Shown here piece by piece: positions 7,993-12,278 of a stretch of 12,278 bases of DNA. The notes under the pieces are model-generated. The model was not told where the DNA came from. It made no database searches and saw only the letters and a program-made list of their open reading frames with translations. The stretch is from Paraspadella gotoi (lineage: Eukaryota > Animalia > Chaetognatha), in assembly GCA_051294375.1 (NCBI GenBank), contig CM119263.1, positions 26,191,400 through 26,203,677 on the forward strand, written 5' to 3'. Made by a program: the position numbers and the translations under genes. Numbering within the stretch: position 1 is the first letter of the stretch; the number at the start of each line of letters is the position of its first letter.

Positions 7993-8329
7993 CTAAAGAA
8001 AAATAAACAAAAATTTCTTATGAGTATATATGTGGATAAGGCGCTAAGTGGGCTGAAGAGTAGAGTGGAGGACTGGGGAACATTAATTTTATTTGAGTTA
8101 ACAAACAAGGATATTTAAACATGAAGTAGTATGATTAAGGAGTACAAAAATATTTTGCTTATATTGTTTGGGGAACAGTATCATTAATTATAATATATTT
8201 ATAGTAATAACCTTATAAAAAAATAAATTTTTAAAATATTTTTTTGTAAAATTTTTATTAAATATTCTGATTCTTTATGAAAAGTTAGATCAATAATATA
8301 ATACAATATGTTATTAAAAATTATAATGT

Positions 8330-8875
8330 TGAAGAGACAGTAATTATTGTTATTGTTAAGGCGACCACTGGGCAAGAAGCCCGAACCTTCAGGTTGGGAG
8401 GCAAATGACTTGCCTCCAGCATCAATGGCCGCTGATGAACAGACAGTTGGTGGATTTTAGTCCACCATACATTCCCCCCTCCTGTAGGGAGAAGTCTGTT
8501 GCGTCTCTTCAGTGAATTGTTGTTGGAAAGTGGAAAGTTGAGGCATGTCGCCTGATGTGTTGGTGGCGGAAAGTGCATCGCCAGGTTGAGGCATTTCGCC
8601 AGAAAGTGTTGTTACTGTTGTGTTCGGAAGTCGGGCTCACCAATGAAGAGACAGTAATTATTGTTGTGTTAGTGACAGAACCGTTCAATATAAGCAGTCC
8701 CTGAGCTTCGAAGCAGGCTGTAACGCGGTGTTACAGGCGGGTTAAGCGTCCTGTCCCTCATAACTGCTCGGTAACCACCGGGCAGGAACCCCGGACCTTT
8801 GGGTTGGGAGGCAAATGACTTGCCTCCGGCACCAATGGCCGCTGATGAACGGTTGGTGGATTTTAGTCCACCATA
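8330..8875 (-). mobile_element. Family A mini-LTR element (copy A2), intronic
   Basis: TSD ATGT at 8326-8329 and 8876-8879. 5' LTR 8644-8875 (232 bp), PBS 8630-8642, PPT AGGAGGGGGGAA 8472-8483. The 3' LTR 8330-8469 has the ribozyme segment deleted. Confidence 0.9.
8694..8767 (-). ncRNA. Twister ribozyme, mutated copy (A2 5' LTR)
   Basis: P5, P3, UAA-CCC-GC and AAGC are intact. The P4 closing pair and T1 (TTCG/CAGG) are degraded. Confidence 0.65.
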
Positions 8876-8889
8876 ATGTCTTCAGCATC

Positions 8890-9333
8890 AACAAGTTTGA
8901 GCAAACAATGTCGGATCTGCCTACGATAATTAAGTGGTAATAAGCTAACTTGGTCAACTTGCATAATTTAATCAACTTGCATAATTTGGTCAACTGACAT
9001 AATTTGGTTAACTGACATAATTTGGTCTACTGACATAATTTGGTCAACTGACATAATTTGGTCAACTGACATAATTTGATCAATTAAGATAATTTGGTCA
9101 ACCGGCATAATTTGGTCAACTGGCATAATTTTATCAACTGGCCTAATTTGGTCAACTGGCATAATTTGGTCAACAGGCATAGTTTGGTCAACTTGCAGAA
9201 CTTGATCAACTTGCAGAATTTGGTCAACTGGCATAATTTGGTCATCTTTAAGAATTAGGTCAACTGGCATATTTTTGTCAATTGGCATAATTTGGTCAAT
9301 CAATCAATCATTCAATCATTCAATCATTCAATA

Positions 9334-9374
<41 letters not shown>

Positions 9375-9966
9375 GAGAGAGATAGAGAGAGAGAAACTTT
9401 AAAAAATTCAAATAAATGTGTCTTTTGGTTTTCTAATTTGAACTCTTTTCCACTCCTACGATTCCATCAAAAAATTTATATCCAGCTTTATCACATACTT
9501 TCCTACCCACACACAAAATTCAATTTCGATTTATCTATCCAATTTTTAATAAACATAAAAATTATGAGTAAATTTAAGTAAAAATACTTCAAGTAAATAT
9601 GACTTTTGTTTTTTCCATTTTAACTCATTTCCACTCGCACAATATCCACTCATGAGCAATTGGCGTTCAAATAGTGAAATATATTTTTTTGTTTTTTCCA
9701 TTTAATTCCATTGATCTTAATTTCCACTCGCACAATTCCCTCGAAACTTCATATCCATCTCAATCACACAGTTTCCTACCCACACACAAAATTTCATACC
9801 AATCCATCCATCCAATCACGAGTAATTGGAGTTTTTTGCTAAGGTGGGATGGACGGACGGACGGACATCATTTTTTTTGCATAATTTATCATAATTCGAT
9901 GTTCTGACATGATATAAGTGTGTGCCCGACAATATTGAGGGGGCGGACCGACGAACCGACAAAGTG
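8890..9966 (-). mobile_element. Helentron/DINE-1-like element with 18-bp satellite (8947-9300), (TCAA)n, (GA)n, (GGAC)n
   Basis: Collinear with 1556-3650. Confidence 0.65.
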
Positions 9967-10247
9967 AAAAAAGGTCAAAATTCTTTACTTTTTTTACTAA
10001 TCGTAACAGAAACTGTTATATGATAAAACTTTTTAGTCATTTTTTATAGCTTTAACCTCAAAATATCATAAAATATATTTTACAAAAATTTTTCAGTTTT
10101 TTTTCGGCGAATCCGAAACTGTTCTTAAAATTTAAAAAATAGGATTTTGAAATGTAATGATTTCATAAGGATATTACTATAAAGAAAATTCAATTTATAA
10201 TATTGTAATCACAAAAAATTTTAAAAAAGGGCTTATTTTTTATTACG

Positions 10248-10506
10248 TATACATACATATACAAAGACAGCAAAAACACATTGTTCCATCGCTCTACCCT
10301 ACTAAAGAGTCATATACGCAACTTCTTTAACCCCATCTTACAGCCATGGAACGGGTCCTCGGCATGGAACCAGGCTTGAGATTTTTCTACGCCCAAGGCG
10401 GTTTATGGCCGTACTCACGCTTAACCCAGGGTAGGTACTGCGTTAGGATTGAACCCGGTACCTAATGATCATGAGCTGACGGCTTTACTCAATGAGCCAC
10501 CGGGTC
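10248..10506 (-). mobile_element. tRNA-derived SINE
   Basis: Minus strand: GACCCGG TGGCTCATTGAG (A box)...CTCATGA (CAT anticodon-like)...GGTTCAATCC (B box), GC-rich body and (TATG)n tail. No clear TSD. Confidence 0.75.
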
Positions 10507-10715
10507 ATAGAATTAAGTATTAGATTAGAATCGTTTATATGCGGGGTGAACCTAGGCAATGCCCGACTAGCGACTACATAAGTCTTTACTTCAAGCAAAT
10601 TTATTGTTTGTTGTTTTTTTATTTTTATATAAATTTATAATTAGCAAAATCATAAACATTTACATGCCAAAAATACTTATTGTACCCTTTTTTAATGAAT
10701 AACTTCAAATCTTAC

Positions 10716-10840
10716 TTCTTGGTATGTCTTTACTTCAAATTCTGTTTTCAGTGATAATTCTCTGACATTTCTTGCGAGCTTATCTGACGTGAAAGCCGCT
10801 CCCCAACGGTCAAGGTCCAATTGAATCCGATTGTTTCTTT
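10716..10840 (-). CDS. Coding exon RNNRIQLDLDRWGAAFTSDKLARNVRELSLKTEFEVKTYQE
   Basis: Strong TTTTTTTTGTTTGCAG acceptor, GTAAGA donor, only one open frame. Its phase-0 end matches the exon at 7939-7992. Confidence 0.75.
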
Positions 10841-11089
10841 CTGCAAACAAAAAAAACATTAAATGTAAGAATCATGAATTTTATTTAGTACAATTTTCCG
10901 AAAGCACCCAATTTCTGTTTTTTATAAGTTTCTTAATATTAATCTTTAGATCTAATAATCTAATAATCTAATCTAAAGTTTAGAGCAGAAAATCAGAATC
11001 TCAAATAATTTAAAAATCAGAACACTTGAAAAACCGATCTTAACTTTGGCTAATGTGGGCAAACATCTTGATTTTGCAATAGGATATAA

Positions 11090-11245
11090 TAGGAGGGCAA
11101 ATCTATGTCAATGGGGTGGGTCAGAAGTTTGATTTGGGAACCTTCCCAAATAAAATTTTATATATTTCTAAAAAAACTTTCAATGGACCAAAAATTTTTA
11201 AAATGGTTAAAAGCACTAGTAATTAATTTTTTAATATTTATTTAT
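11090..11245. mobile_element. Partial second copy of the 2816-3171 insertion
   Basis: Shares TGTCAATGGGGTGGGTCAGAAGTTTG..TTGGGAACC and AAAGCACTAGTAATTAATTTTT. Confidence 0.7.
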
Positions 11246-12102
11246 AGATAGGAAACGTCAAAAAAATGTTTTAAAATTTTGTACAGGGTAGTGAATCAAA
11301 ACTTAGAATAGTATTATCATCACATTTTATAGTCCAAAAGTTATCGAATGTCTTTTTATAATATAAGCGCCGGTAAAAAGACGCTGTCATTTGCAAACCA
11401 GTGGTTATTTCATTGATTTTAAAAATTAATTGAGTAGAAAATATTAAAGTCATTTATGTGTTCAAATTTTATATTGATCAGTTAAGATATGCCCTGACAA
11501 TGAGTGGAGAAAGTTGGCTTTTAAAATCGGGTTTCACTTTCCAACTCACTGTTTTTAAATTCTTTTTTTTTCAACTTTTAGCACTTTTTTAAACAAAGTA
11601 TTTATTAAGATATTAACAATATTAATATCCACAAAAGCTATTAAAAAATGAAGAGAATGATATACTTACGAAAGATCTAACATAAAAAGTAAGCTGCACA
11701 GCCTTGGTTTAATTAAGAGAGTCAAAAGTGAATTATTTAAAATTTTAAATCTTTTTTTAAAATATATGACCTGTTTAAATTATTATGAATTAAATTATTA
11801 TTATTTATATAACTATCATGAAAGAGCATGACAAAAAAAGATTTAAGATAGCCAATCACAATTTGATAAAAATCTTAAATTTACCCTCCAGCTATTGATT
11901 TTTGGAAAGATGTTTTGTTTTTAAGTATCCTAATTAAATTACAGCTGGGCCGGTTAAACTTTATACTACAGTATTTGTAAGTATGTCATTCTCTTTAGAT
12001 TTGAAAGGGCTCTCCGAAGATAATAATATTAAGAATATTTCATTTCAATTTTTTTCAGAAAACTTATTATGTGATAATCCTTTCTTTTCGTTGTAAATGA
12101 TT

Positions 12103-12203
12103 TAGAGAAAAAACAAAGTTTTATTAGTTTCAACGAATTTGTTTTTATTGAAAAACAATAAAAACAAATTCGTTGAAACTAATAAAACTTTGTTTTTTCT
12201 CTA
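12103..12203. repeat. Perfect 48-bp inverted repeat with 5-nt loop
   Basis: 12103-12150 is the exact reverse complement of 12156-12203; the loop is AAAAA. Confidence 0.95.
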
Positions 12204-12278
12204 GAAAACTTATTGAAAATAAGATAAAAAATCGAATCTAAAAAAATCTTAAAAGCAATAGGGATCGAGCCGCTTTCG

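Noticed and set aside
11271-11930. Further upstream minus-strand exons (7-nt micro-exon at ~11670-11676, 45-nt candidate at ~11885-11929, ORF 11271-11453)
   Set aside because: Splice signals are present but I could not chain them in a consistent phase with the 10716-10840 exon; RNA evidence is needed.

Overview
AT-rich eukaryotic (probably invertebrate) genomic DNA made mostly of nested repeats, plus the last four coding exons of an unidentified Cys-rich protein gene on the minus strand (10716-10840, 7939-7992, 7718-7862, 7554-7633). The main discovery is two related families of tiny non-coding LTR elements (TRIM/retrozyme-like): family A at 4296-6226 and 8330-8875 (minus strand), and family B at 4333-5021 (plus strand, nested in A). 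Each has two ~230-260 bp LTRs (T[A/C]TGGTGG...CTCTTCA), a 4-bp TSD, a tRNA-Trp-like primer-binding site and a purine tract. The LTRs carry a tRNA-like Pol III promoter immediately followed by a predicted circularly permuted (type-P5) twister ribozyme, whose stems covary between families. Also present: Helentron/DINE-1-like elements carrying an 18-bp satellite, a 613-bp foldback MITE, an 8-bp-TSD insertion, a tRNA-derived SINE with a possible decayed twister, and a perfect 48-bp palindrome. None of the supplied ORFs looks like a real gene. All structures were read by eye; no database search or folding program was run.
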